64,000 bases of DNA from Terriglobia bacterium (GTDB lineage: Bacteria; Acidobacteriota; Terriglobia; 20CM-2-55-15), in contig CBDCLE010000022.1 of NCBI GenBank assembly GCA_965218585.1, forward strand, positions 1 through 64,000, written 5' to 3'. Positions 9,683 to 18,947 of the stretch are shown here, in pieces (position 1 is the stretch's first letter; every line of letters begins with the position of its first letter). The notes under the pieces were generated by a model. The model saw only the letters and a program-made list of their open reading frames with translations. It did no database searches and had not been told where the DNA came from. Position numbers and translations under genes: made by a program.

Positions 9683-10511
9683 ACGACGGCGTCAGCGACT
9701 TGCCAAACACGTCCATGTGCCATGAATCACGCATCGGCACTTCCCATCTTCCGCCAAGGAATTCCCCCACAGTCTCAATGACGTTATTGAAGACGACGGT
9801 TTCCTCGTTGATCGCGCCTTTCTTCACCAGATCCGCGAAACCAGGCCGATCGACACACCGGATGGTTTCCGTGGTGTCTCTGTAGAAAACCTGGTTACCC
9901 GAGCTGGCAAAATTCAGCCCAGAGCTTCTGTTGAAATCTTCCAGGGCGTGGAACATGCTGTCGATCGAACAACCCGACAGGTTCATCGCCGTTTCGTCGG
10001 CTCCGATAACGACGAACTGATCGTGCACAAGCTGCCAACCCGGCATCACCTTCTGTTCGTGGGAATTCCACGCGGCCAGGAATCGCTTCATGTGAAGCTG
10101 GAGGGCTTCCCTTTGTTCAGGAGTCACCGGATCGGCGGCGCCGTAAATCCAGACCCGGGCTGATCGGGGAAGATCCGCCAGCTGGGCCGAGGGCCCGGCT
10201 GCGGGGGCCTCCGGCTGAAATGACCGCCAGGCTTCATATCCGCCATCAACGCTGTACGCCTGCTTGAAGCCATGCGTGTTGAAGTATTCAGCCGCATCCT
10301 GACTCATGTTGCCGTGGTAGCAACACACGACGAGGGGACGATCGAAATCAGCTTCCTCGATGAATTCACGAACGTTGAACTCGTTCACCAGTGTTGCTCC
10401 CGGCATGTGTCCTGCCCGGTAAGAATCGGGATCTCTCACATCAACGACGAGGGCCTTTGCCCCGTCGATCAACTCCCGCGCTCGGGCCACGTTGATCCGC
10501 TCATAGCTCAT
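9678..10511 (-). CDS. GlpE-type rhodanese fused to an uncharacterised C-terminal domain (SGCSID motif)
   Basis: N-terminal VDVRD, GHMPGA, CCYHGNMSQ and DGGYEAW match GlpE. An Ala/Pro linker leads to a domain with SARVWIY, WNSH and LSGCSIDS. ATG at 10511 after GGGGAG. Confidence 0.8.
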   Translation of the reverse strand: MSYERINVARARELIDGAKALVVDVRDPDSYRAGHMPGATLVNEFNVREFIEEADFDRPLVVCCYHGNMSQDAAEYFNTHGFKQAYSVDGGYEAWRSFQPEAPAAGPSAQLADLPRSARVWIYGAADPVTPEQREALQLHMKRFLAAWNSHEQKVMPGWQLVHDQFVVIGADETAMNLSGCSIDSMFHALEDFNRSSGLNFASSGNQVFYRDTTETIRCVDRPGFADLVKKGAINEETVVFNNVIETVGEFLGGRWEVPMRDSWHMDVFGKSLTPSS

Positions 10512-10558
10512 CCGTCTCCCCCCTCTGCGGTTAGCAGCCGCATCGCTTACATGATACT

Positions 10559-11887
10559 TCACGCTAGGGAACGAACCAATCCAGGATAGTAGTAAGCCAG
10601 GGTACCGACGCGCGCCACATAGTGCACGTACAGCGCGGCCCACAGTCCATGATTCCCAAACGGCGTGAGGATCCACCATGCGAGGAGGAAGACAACAAGT
10701 GAGGCAAGCATGGCACTTCGCATGTCCCGGGTTCTGGTCGCTCCAATAAAGATGCCGTCCAACTGAAACGCCCACACGCCAAGTAAAGGGGCCCCAGCCG
10801 CCCAGGGAAGATACGTGCGCGCGGCCAACCGCGAAGCACTATCAACCGTGAGTACGTCGATAAACAGGGTGCCAGCCAGAGTCAGCACAACCGAAATCAT
10901 GAGGGCGACACCCGCCGACCAGAACGTCGTCATACGCGCGGCAGCTTCGAGGCCTCTGCGATGTGCGGCGCCGACTGCGCGACCGACCAGCACCTCGGCA
11001 GCGAATGCCAGCCCATCGAGAAAGAACGCGCTCACCGACACAAAATGCATCAGGACAGCGTTCGCAGCGAGAATCACGTCTCCCTGCCGGGCTCCCTGAG
11101 CTGTGAACCAACCGAAGGCGAACATCAGAGCCACTGACCGGATCATGATGTCTGCATTGACAACAATCGTCCGCCTCAATTGCTGCGGAAGAAAGACGCG
11201 ATCCAAATGCCATTGTCCGCCGAGTCGGTCGACGTAACGGGCTGCGACAAACAACCCGACCGCGGCGGCCAGCACTTCGGCGAGAAGTGTGCCCAGTGCG
11301 ACTCCCGCGACATCCCAACCGAAACCGATCACGAACATCGCGTCCAACGCCATGTTCGCCAGGTTCAATACGAGTTGAAGCACGAGGCCGATATCGGTTC
11401 GGCCCAGTCCGATAAACCACCCCAGAAGTGCGTAATTCGCGAGCGCCGCGGGAGCGGCCCAGATTCGAATGTTGAAGTACTCTCGCGCAAGCCCTTCAAC
11501 TTGATCAGTGCCGTCAAGCAGGGCAAAGGCAATTTGTTCGATGGGCCACTGCAGGAGAATCAGTCCTGCACCCGCGGCGAGTGCGATCATCAAGGCTCGT
11601 GTCAGGCTCGCGACCAACTCATTCGTATCCCCGGCCCCGGCGGCTTGCGCGGTCAGTCCGGTGGTTCCCATCCGCAGGAAACCGAACGCCCAGAAGACGA
11701 AAGTAAACACGAGCGAGGCAATCGCGACAGCTCCGATGTAGGCGGGATCCGGAATCCGTCCAACAACACCGGTATCGACAACACCGATCAGGGGTGTCGA
11801 GACATTGGAAAGCATAACGGGGAGAGCGATCGTCAGGATCGCTCTGTGGGTCAGTCGGTCTGGATCGGGACTTGGGGAAGATGTCAC
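10559..11887 (-). CDS. MATE family efflux transporter (DinF-like)
   Basis: PLIGVVDT, GFLRMGTTG, LDGLAFA and DGIFIGAT motifs; about 12 TM helices. Confidence 0.92.
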   Translation of the reverse strand: MTSSPSPDPDRLTHRAILTIALPVMLSNVSTPLIGVVDTGVVGRIPDPAYIGAVAIASLVFTFVFWAFGFLRMGTTGLTAQAAGAGDTNELVASLTRALMIALAAGAGLILLQWPIEQIAFALLDGTDQVEGLAREYFNIRIWAAPAALANYALLGWFIGLGRTDIGLVLQLVLNLANMALDAMFVIGFGWDVAGVALGTLLAEVLAAAVGLFVAARYVDRLGGQWHLDRVFLPQQLRRTIVVNADIMIRSVALMFAFGWFTAQGARQGDVILAANAVLMHFVSVSAFFLDGLAFAAEVLVGRAVGAAHRRGLEAAARMTTFWSAGVALMISVVLTLAGTLFIDVLTVDSASRLAARTYLPWAAGAPLLGVWAFQLDGIFIGATRTRDMRSAMLASLVVFLLAWWILTPFGNHGLWAALYVHYVARVGTLAYYYPGLVRSLA

Positions 11888-12143
11888 TGATCGTGAAGAG
11901 TCGGCCCGCCGAGCAGAGACGTCAGGTTGCCACCCAGGATGGCCCGAGCCGCGTCTTCGTCTATATCCAGGCTTGCCAGCACCTGCGTCTGCTCATCGAA
12001 GACTGAGCGGTTCCAACCTCTCGGGAAGAAAGAAGAATCCGAACCGAACAGGAGCCGCCCGGGGCCATAGATTTCCAGAGCCTTGCGGAACACGTCAGTA
12101 AGGTTCGTCTCCGGAAGCAGGTATTTTATCCAGGAGTTGCTAC
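11884..12143 (-). pseudogene. 3' half of an amidohydrolase gene (5' half at 18948-19630, + strand)
   Basis: Reads SNSWIKYLLPETNLTDVFRKALEIYGPGRLLFGSDSSFFPRGW...ILGGN. It begins exactly at the IS701 end, and its stop overlaps the MATE start (GTGA). Confidence 0.85.
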
Positions 12144-13612
12144 TACTACTATGTTACAAACGGTCTATTTTATGTTAGCATCCGGTCATGAGCGCCAAAT
12201 CGAAGGCGCCAGGCACTCAGGAAAAACGTTTTGCGGCCTATTTGGAACGCCTGGCGTCGGCCGCAGGACACGCCGATCGTCATGAACCGTTGAAGTCGTA
12301 CTGCACCGGGTTGTTGCTGCCGATCAAACGTAAGAGTGTGGAGCCGATGGCTGCACGATTGGCTCCGGATAATGTACGCCGAATGCACCAGTCGCTACAT
12401 CATCTGGTCGCGGATGCGCCCTGGGACGATGCGGCTCTGTTGGCAGAAGTTCGACAGTACGCGCTGGGGGCGATGGAAGCCAACGGTCCGATTGAAGCCT
12501 GGATTGTCGACGACACCGGATTCGTGAAAAAGGGGACCCACTCGGTGGGTGTGGCCCGGCAATACTGTGGACAGGTCGGCAAACCTGAGAACTGCCGGGT
12601 GGCGGTGAGCCTGTCGGTGGCGACAGCGAAATCCAGCTTGCCGGTGGCATGGCGACTCTACCTCCCCGAGACCTGGGCGAAGGATCCGGAACGTCGAAGC
12701 AAAGCCGCTATTCCCGAAGACGTTCGATTTCAAACTAAACCTCAAATTGCTTTGGAACAAATCCGGCAGGCCGTCGATGACGGCATTGCTCCGGCACCGG
12801 TTCTGGGCGATACGGCCTACGGCAACAACTACAAGTTCCGGCACGGCATCACCGAACTCGGACTTAGCTACGTCCTAGGGGTGCAAGGCACCACGACCGT
12901 GTGGAAACCGGGCCAGGGTCCCTTGCCGCCGAAATCCTTGACCGGCCGCGGACGGACACCGACCCGCATGCAGCGCAACAAGAAACATCAACCGGTTTCG
13001 GTCAAGCAACTGGCCCTCTCGTTGTCTCCCCAGCGTTGGAAGAACGTCTCCTGGCGCGAAGGCACCTCCGAGACCCTGCGTTCCCGTTTCGCCGCAGTTC
13101 GCATTCGTCCCGCTCATCTGGATCACGAGCGCCACTCGCCGCATCCGAAAGAGTGGTTGTTGGTCGAGTGGCCCAAGACCGCATCCGAACCGATCCGGTA
13201 CTGGCTCTCCACTCTTGGGGCCCATACCTCGCTTTCCGATCTGGCCGGTCAGGCCAAACAGCGCTGGATCATCGAACGCGACTATCAGGAACTCAAGCAG
13301 GAACTCGGTCTGGGACACTACGAAGGTCGCGGCTGGCGTGGATTTCACCATCATGGCACCTTATGTATTGCCTCTTATGGGTTCCTGGTCGCCGAGCGGA
13401 GCCGTTTTTTCCCCCTCTGCATTTGTCGAGCATGTTGGACTATCCGTCCCCAAACTCCCCAAACACTTCAAACCCCGCGGAACCCCGGATCCGGCCCGAA
13501 CGACATAACCCCTGCTCGATTGCCACGCTTCGCATTCGCATCGCCCGCTTCCTGATTCAGCAGCTTCCTCGTTGTCCGTTCTGTGGATCGCTTCGTTTGT
13601 AACATAGTAGTA
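12144..13612 (+). mobile_element. IS701-family IS, copy A (1469 bp)
   Basis: Terminal IRs TACTACTATGTTACAAACG / CGTTTGTAACATAGTAGTA. Flanks CTAC and AAAC do not match each other. Confidence 0.93.
12188..13555 (+). CDS. IS701-family DDE transposase; C-terminus shifted by one extra T
   Basis: VDDTGFVKKG, VARQYCG and RWIIERDYQELKQELGL motifs. T6 at about 13405-13410 versus T5 in copies B and C. Confidence 0.9.
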   Translation: MSAKSKAPGTQEKRFAAYLERLASAAGHADRHEPLKSYCTGLLLPIKRKSVEPMAARLAPDNVRRMHQSLHHLVADAPWDDAALLAEVRQYALGAMEANGPIEAWIVDDTGFVKKGTHSVGVARQYCGQVGKPENCRVAVSLSVATAKSSLPVAWRLYLPETWAKDPERRSKAAIPEDVRFQTKPQIALEQIRQAVDDGIAPAPVLGDTAYGNNYKFRHGITELGLSYVLGVQGTTTVWKPGQGPLPPKSLTGRGRTPTRMQRNKKHQPVSVKQLALSLSPQRWKNVSWREGTSETLRSRFAAVRIRPAHLDHERHSPHPKEWLLVEWPKTASEPIRYWLSTLGAHTSLSDLAGQAKQRWIIERDYQELKQELGLGHYEGRGWRGFHHHGTLCIASYGFLVAERSRFFPLCICRACWTIRPQTPQTLQTPRNPGSGPNDITPARLPRFAFASPAS

Positions 13613-14280
13613 AAACTCGCCTGGAGGAAAAGTTCACTGACGGCAAACAGTCCGACCATCACAAGGATCGGCGCGATGCCGTCGAGCAGCGCCGGCTGGC
13701 CGAACGTGAATCGTGGCACACCCGAGATCGGATCCGATCCTACGGTTGCTACCATCAAACCCAGTACACCCGCAGCCAGACCCTTCAACAGGGACGCTCC
13801 CGCTAACGACGCGATCACGCTCAAACCCAGCACACCCAGCGCAAAGTACGACATCGGTGTGAAGGCCAGCGCGAGGTTAGCCAGCGGTCTGGTCAGCAGC
13901 ACCAGCATCAACAATCCGAAGAAACCGCCGATGACACCTGAGTAGAGGGAGATTCCCAGCGCTTCACCGCCGCGGCCGGCCAGCTTCATCGGATATCCGT
14001 CGAGTAGAGTCGCGGCGGCGGCGTTGGTGCCGGGTGTGTTGATCAGGATGGCAGGGATCGAACCTCCGTATTCAGCACCGATGTACGTCGATGCCAGCAA
14101 AACGATCGCCGAATTGGGTTCCAGGCCATATGTGAACGGCAGCAACAAGGCCATGCTTATCGAAGGCGAGATTCCGGGCAGTGCGCCGCCCAAGATGCCC
14201 CACCCCACTCCAGCGACGGCCGCCAGTGCGATAGGTGTCGTGATGAGCATGTTGAGGCCGTCGAGGATGGCTTCCATCAT
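13613..14280 (-). pseudogene. tctA: Tripartite tricarboxylate transporter large permease, 3'-truncated by IS701
   Basis: GALPGIS, YGGSIPAILINTPGT and DPISGVPRFTFG. Only about 222 aa precede the IS; the rest was not found in the window. Confidence 0.85.
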
Positions 14281-14765
14281 CCCCCCAGCAGCAGTGGCCA
14301 GAATCCGGGCGGGGTGTCCACTCCGAGCACGCGATCAAAGAAGATCCAGAATGACACGCCCCCGCCAACCGCAATCCCGACCAGACGCCAGCCCCACCGC
14401 TCACCTTGATACCGAGCGACCAAAGCGATCACAGCAGTCAGAGAAATCAAATAGCCCATAAACGTAACGGCCGCGACGTAGACTATGCCGATTCCCAGCA
14501 TGCCGGCGGCGCGTAACACTCTCGGGCCCTCGCCTTCCAGGTCATTGACCGAACGCTTTTGGTCAGTCGAAATGAAGCGCCATGCAATCAGAGCCTTAGC
14601 TGCAAGGACGAGTGCGAGCGTTCCCAGCAGCGTTGCGTAGATGACGGGAAGTCCCTCGGCTCCGACTTCATCGGCGAGGGCACTCTGATTGATATCACCG
14701 GCGAGGTAGTAGTAAGCGAAGGCAATCAGCAGCAGGATCAGTGCGCTAATCAGATCCCTTAACAT
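14277..14765 (-). CDS. tctB: Tripartite tricarboxylate transporter small subunit
   Basis: 4-5 TM protein between tctC and tctA with a C-terminal LGVDTPPG. Confidence 0.8.
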   Translation of the reverse strand: MLRDLISALILLLIAFAYYYLAGDINQSALADEVGAEGLPVIYATLLGTLALVLAAKALIAWRFISTDQKRSVNDLEGEGPRVLRAAGMLGIGIVYVAAVTFMGYLISLTAVIALVARYQGERWGWRLVGIAVGGGVSFWIFFDRVLGVDTPPGFWPLLLGG

Positions 14766-14803
14766 GAGACCGCAACGCTGGTCCCGATACGGGTGGTACA
14801 GGC

Positions 14804-14835
14804 CACTACTACACTACTACACTACTACACTACTA
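14804..14835. repeat. Tandem octamer (CACTACTA)x4
   Basis: Four perfect copies; on the - strand the array begins with the tctC stop codon TAG. Confidence 0.9.
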
Positions 14836-15864
14836 ATTGATGACACCGGATTCGCGCAGAAACGTTTCGGTTTCACTGGCGAAGGTATCGATGAAGTCCG
14901 CGTACTCGGATCGCGGCATGAAGGTCGGCGAGAGCATCGCGCCCGAATATATCTGACGGTAGTCGGGGTTCTTCAATACTTCCTGTACTGCGTTTTCCCA
15001 GGTTTCGATGATCTCAGGTGGTGTGTTTCTGGCTCCCATCAGGCCTCTAAACTTCGTGACGACGACGTCGAAGCCCGACTCCTTTACGGTGGGTAACTCT
15101 GGCAATTCCGGTAGGCGTGTCCCGCTGAATACAGCGAGAAGGCGCAACTGGCCGGCGTCGAGTTGGCTGCGAATCTCCTGGGCTTCACCCACGCCGATGT
15201 CGAGCGTTCCGTTCAGAACGTTCAGAATGAGATCGCCTCCGCCTTCATGGCTGACGATTGCAGCATCCACGCCCGCCGCCCGCTTGAGACGCTCCAGCGC
15301 CTGTCGTTCGAGAGACCCGGGTGTTGCAGCACCCCAGCGTCCCCTTCCTGACTGCGCTGCCTGAATGACGTCGGCGATTGTCTCGAACTGGCTTTCGGTT
15401 CTCGTGTAAACGACTTCCTGGTCGAAGAACACGTTCACGATCGGATCAAGATCCTCGTACGTGTTGGCAGGTCTGCTCATCAGTGACGTAAAGATAAAGC
15501 TCGGCGTAGCGGCGTAGAAGATGCTTCCGTCGGCTGGCGAGTTGGCCAGCCGGCTCATCGCCCGCGCGCCACCTCCGCCCCGGACGTTCTCGACGACAAA
15601 ATCTACGCCCATCTGGGGGCCTAAGTGTCTGATGAGTTCCCGAAGAAACACGTCACTCCCGCCGCCCGGACTGGAGTGAGTGATGAGCGTGACGACATCA
15701 TGCGGGTATCGGCCTCCGGACGCGTTTTCGGAGGATCCCGAACCGGTCTGGTCTGGAACGGGAGTGTCTGGGGCGCAGCCGGCAACAAGTGCCAAGAGAA
15801 TCGCTATAAGCAATGGAAACCGGACTCTGTTCATCTTCGTGGGTTTCGCTACTATACCCCTCAA
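14833..15864 (-). CDS. tctC: Tripartite tricarboxylate transporter substrate-binding protein (Bug family)
   Basis: SPGGGSD, VENVRGGGG, PADG and PELPTVKESG motifs; lipobox VAGC. Start may be 15834. Confidence 0.88.
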   Translation of the reverse strand: MRGIVAKPTKMNRVRFPLLIAILLALVAGCAPDTPVPDQTGSGSSENASGGRYPHDVVTLITHSSPGGGSDVFLRELIRHLGPQMGVDFVVENVRGGGGARAMSRLANSPADGSIFYAATPSFIFTSLMSRPANTYEDLDPIVNVFFDQEVVYTRTESQFETIADVIQAAQSGRGRWGAATPGSLERQALERLKRAAGVDAAIVSHEGGGDLILNVLNGTLDIGVGEAQEIRSQLDAGQLRLLAVFSGTRLPELPELPTVKESGFDVVVTKFRGLMGARNTPPEIIETWENAVQEVLKNPDYRQIYSGAMLSPTFMPRSEYADFIDTFASETETFLRESGVIN

Positions 15865-16604
15865 GGCATGAACCGGCCACCGTTGACGTGCAACGTTTGC
15901 CCCGTGACGTACTGTTCTCCTGGGTCGGCCAATGTCAGAACTGCCTCGGCAACTTCGTCGGGCTGTCCTGTTTGATGATCCTTGTCATCCAGGAAACGGG
16001 GTCGATGTTGCCCGGGGCGCCTTTCAGTATCGATCACTCCCGGTACGACGCAGTTAGCCCGGATGCGCCCGCGGCCCTCCTCGGCCAGTGCGCGCGTCAA
16101 CCCAACCAGCCCGGCCTTTGCCGTAATGACATGAACCCGGTTCTTTATCGGGCGGTGCGCGCTGAGGCCGCCGATGTTGACGATCGATCCCTTCCGGTCT
16201 TCGGGCAGGCGTCGTGACATCTCCCGGGAAGTCAGGAAAGCTCCTGTAAGGATCACATCGAGGACCGATGTCCATGCGGCGCGGCTCATCGTGCTGAACG
16301 GTTCGTGAGGACGTTCGGCAGCGTTATTAACTAGGATAGAGACCGGACCCAACTGATTTTCGATCTGATCAAAACCGGCGACAACAGCATCTTCTTCCTC
16401 GACCTTCACAAGCATTCCCATTCGAGACCTTTCGTCTCCCTCAATCGAGTCGAGCGCCTTCCCGAGAGCGTCGGCATCCGAACCTCCCCAGATACAGACG
16501 CGTGCACCGGACGCTCTGAGGGCCTGGGCGATCGCCAGTCCGATATTCCGATTTCCACCCGTGACCAATGCGACTTCTTTGTTCGGATCTGCGTGATAAG
16601 TCAT
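15861..16604 (-). CDS. SDR-family oxidoreductase
   Basis: VTGGNRNIG, LVNNA and NCVVPG. The active-site segment reads HVITAK, with no Tyr at the YxxxK position. Confidence 0.88.
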   Translation of the reverse strand: MTYHADPNKEVALVTGGNRNIGLAIAQALRASGARVCIWGGSDADALGKALDSIEGDERSRMGMLVKVEEEDAVVAGFDQIENQLGPVSILVNNAAERPHEPFSTMSRAAWTSVLDVILTGAFLTSREMSRRLPEDRKGSIVNIGGLSAHRPIKNRVHVITAKAGLVGLTRALAEEGRGRIRANCVVPGVIDTERRPGQHRPRFLDDKDHQTGQPDEVAEAVLTLADPGEQYVTGQTLHVNGGRFMP

Positions 16605-16703
16605 TTGATATAAAGGGACAGCTCCGACAGACCCTCGCGGGCTGTGTCACAGGCTGGGGGTAATCGGGTAGTCTGTCACCATCATTCTATAAGGAGACGA
16701 GGA

Positions 16704-17747
16704 ATGGAATCTACGGCAGGCACAGACTCGGGACCCCAAGCGACTGTCATGAAGATGGTGACGGGTGCCTGGGTAACGAAAGTAATCTCGGAGGTCACGC
16801 GCCTGGGTGTTCCCGACGTCGTCGAACGGCACGGCGCGCTGAGCGCGGCCGAGATGGTTTCTGTTGGTGGTGTCGATGCCCAGCCCGAAGCCCTTGAGCG
16901 TGTCCTGCGTGCATCGGCCAGTGTGGGTGTCTTTACCGAAGATACTGAGGGTCGGTTCGGACCCACCCGGTTGTCTGAGGTGTTGACGTCAGATTCCCCG
17001 GACTCGGTGAAGAAGCTGGTTGAAGCGATCGGCGGCCTTTGGTTCAGGTTCTATACCGAATTTTTCGAAGCGATACGAACCGGAAAGTCACAGGTCCCGA
17101 ACGTCGTTGGGATGGAATTGTGGGACTACCTGAGGGCCAATCCTCAGGAACAGGAAGATTTTGGCCAGGCCATGAAGGACAATAGCGCCGCATCGCTCGC
17201 TGGAGTGTTGGAGCACTGCAATTTTGAAGGGGTCGGGCGAGTCTTAGATGTAGGAGGCGGATTCGGGCATCTGGCCCTCGCACTGCTCGAGAGGTATCCG
17301 GATCTTCAAGCCGTCGTGCTCGAGGTCCCCGACCTCATTCCGGTTGCCAGAGAACGTTTCCCCCTCAACGATCCTGGCGTAGCGTCCAGGCTTGAATACG
17401 TGGGTGGGGACATGTTCGAATCCGTTCCACCCGCGGAAGTCTATGTCATGAAACACATCATGCACGACTGGGAGAATGAGAAGTGTATTCGGATCCTCCG
17501 GAACTGTCGCCAGAGCATGCAGGGAACGGGTCGCGTGATCTCGGTGGATGCCGTTCTTCCTTCGATGGGGAACACCGGAGGTGCATCTGCCAAGCTTCTG
17601 GATACTTTGATGCTCGTGGCTTTTACCGGCAGAGAGAGAACCGAAGATCAGTGGATTGATATGTATCGTGCAGCAGGATTGGAAGTGTCCAGGATCACTC
17701 CTATCCGCGGCAACTTTGCGGGTATTGTGGAAGGTGTGAAGAGTTGA
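16704..17747 (+). CDS. SAM-dependent O-methyltransferase (Methyltransf_2/COMT-like, with dimerisation domain)
   Basis: LDVGGGFG, GGDMFESVP, KHIMHDW and GRERT motifs; AGGAG upstream of ATG 16704. Confidence 0.9.
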   Translation: MESTAGTDSGPQATVMKMVTGAWVTKVISEVTRLGVPDVVERHGALSAAEMVSVGGVDAQPEALERVLRASASVGVFTEDTEGRFGPTRLSEVLTSDSPDSVKKLVEAIGGLWFRFYTEFFEAIRTGKSQVPNVVGMELWDYLRANPQEQEDFGQAMKDNSAASLAGVLEHCNFEGVGRVLDVGGGFGHLALALLERYPDLQAVVLEVPDLIPVARERFPLNDPGVASRLEYVGGDMFESVPPAEVYVMKHIMHDWENEKCIRILRNCRQSMQGTGRVISVDAVLPSMGNTGGASAKLLDTLMLVAFTGRERTEDQWIDMYRAAGLEVSRITPIRGNFAGIVEGVKS

Positions 17748-17756
17748 GTCTGTGGA

Positions 17757-18944
17757 GTGTCTGAAAAACCAAAAATACTGATCGCCGGTGCGGGTCTGGG
17801 CGGCATGGCCGCTGCGGGGTCCCTCCTGCAGCAAGGGTACCCGGTGCGTGTCTTTGAGCAGGCTCCCGAGCTGGGCGAAGTCGGAGCCGGTATTCAGATG
17901 AGTGCCAACGCCGTGAAGGTGTTGTGGAATCTGGGACTCGCCGACGATCTGGAGAGTATTGGTGTCAAACCGAAGGCATACGTGTTCAGGCTGTTTAACT
18001 CGAGCGAAATTCTCCAGAGTTTTCCACTTGGTGAAAAACACGAGCGGCTTCATGGGACACCCTATTATCAGTTTCATCGGGCGGACCTTCACGCCCTCCT
18101 TGTCGGGAGGGTTCAGCAGCTTGATCCGAAAGCCATCGTCCTGAATTCCACCGTCGAGGGTTTCAGTCAGACAGGTTCGCGCATCACACTGCGCATGGAC
18201 GACGGCCGCACCGAAGAGGGCGATGGGCTCGTTGGGGCCGATGGGATCAAATCGGTCGTTCGGCAGCAGATCCTGGGCCCGACCGAAGCGCATTTCACCG
18301 GCGACACTGCCTGGAGGGTGATCGTCCCTGCCGACCGACTCGGAGACGATTTCATGGATCGTGTGATGACGGTCTGGGTAGGTCCGGGAGCGCATGCTGT
18401 CATGTATTTTGTGCGTGGCGGTGAACTCATCAACTTTGTGGGTAGCGTCGAGAATCCCAGCTGGACGGACGAATCCTGGATCGTTAAATCCGACTGGAGG
18501 GAAATGCGCGATGACTTCGCCGGTTGGCATATCGATGTTCGTCGGGTCATCGAAAACGCGAACAAGGACGAATGCTACCGGTGGGCTCTGTTTAACCGCC
18601 CGAGGGTAGACCATTGGAGCGAGGGACACGCCACCCTGCTGGGTGACTCGGCCCACGCAACACTCCCATATCTCGCACAGGGAGCCGTAATGGCCATTGA
18701 GGATGCCGCCGTTCTGACGCGTTGCCTGGACACGTTTGACTCGATTGAAAAAGCGCTCGACGTTTACCAGAAGAGCCGTATACCCCGGACAAGCCGCATC
18801 GTTGAAGAGTCCAGCGCCAGCGGTAGGCTTTATCATCTGGAGACAGAAGAGATATTCCGGGAGGCGTTTGGAAAGCGCGAGCTTGGTGCCGAACGCGATG
18901 ATTGGCTCTATAGTTACGATCCCCTATCGGTAAAGGTTTCCTAG
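17757..18944 (+). CDS. FAD-dependent monooxygenase (salicylate / 3-hydroxybenzoate 6-hydroxylase-like, class A)
   Basis: GAGLGG, EVGAGIQ, HRADL, GADGIKS and GDSAHATLPYLAQGAVMAIEDA. Confidence 0.9.
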   Translation: MSEKPKILIAGAGLGGMAAAGSLLQQGYPVRVFEQAPELGEVGAGIQMSANAVKVLWNLGLADDLESIGVKPKAYVFRLFNSSEILQSFPLGEKHERLHGTPYYQFHRADLHALLVGRVQQLDPKAIVLNSTVEGFSQTGSRITLRMDDGRTEEGDGLVGADGIKSVVRQQILGPTEAHFTGDTAWRVIVPADRLGDDFMDRVMTVWVGPGAHAVMYFVRGGELINFVGSVENPSWTDESWIVKSDWREMRDDFAGWHIDVRRVIENANKDECYRWALFNRPRVDHWSEGHATLLGDSAHATLPYLAQGAVMAIEDAAVLTRCLDTFDSIEKALDVYQKSRIPRTSRIVEESSASGRLYHLETEEIFREAFGKRELGAERDDWLYSYDPLSVKVS

Positions 18945-18947
18945 AGT

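Noticed and set aside
13400-13415. Extra T in IS701 copy A as a regulatory variant
   Set aside because: A single homopolymer difference cannot be told from sequencing error without reads.
13468-13612. Shared ~48-aa C-terminal tag on tctA and the amidohydrolase
   Set aside because: It is readthrough into the antisense strand of the IS701 end; sharing a frame has a 1-in-3 chance.
17244-18836. Long antisense ORFs (also 937-2085, 46615-48057, 33932-35017)
   Set aside because: Shadow ORFs of real genes in GC-rich DNA, with no recognisable motifs.
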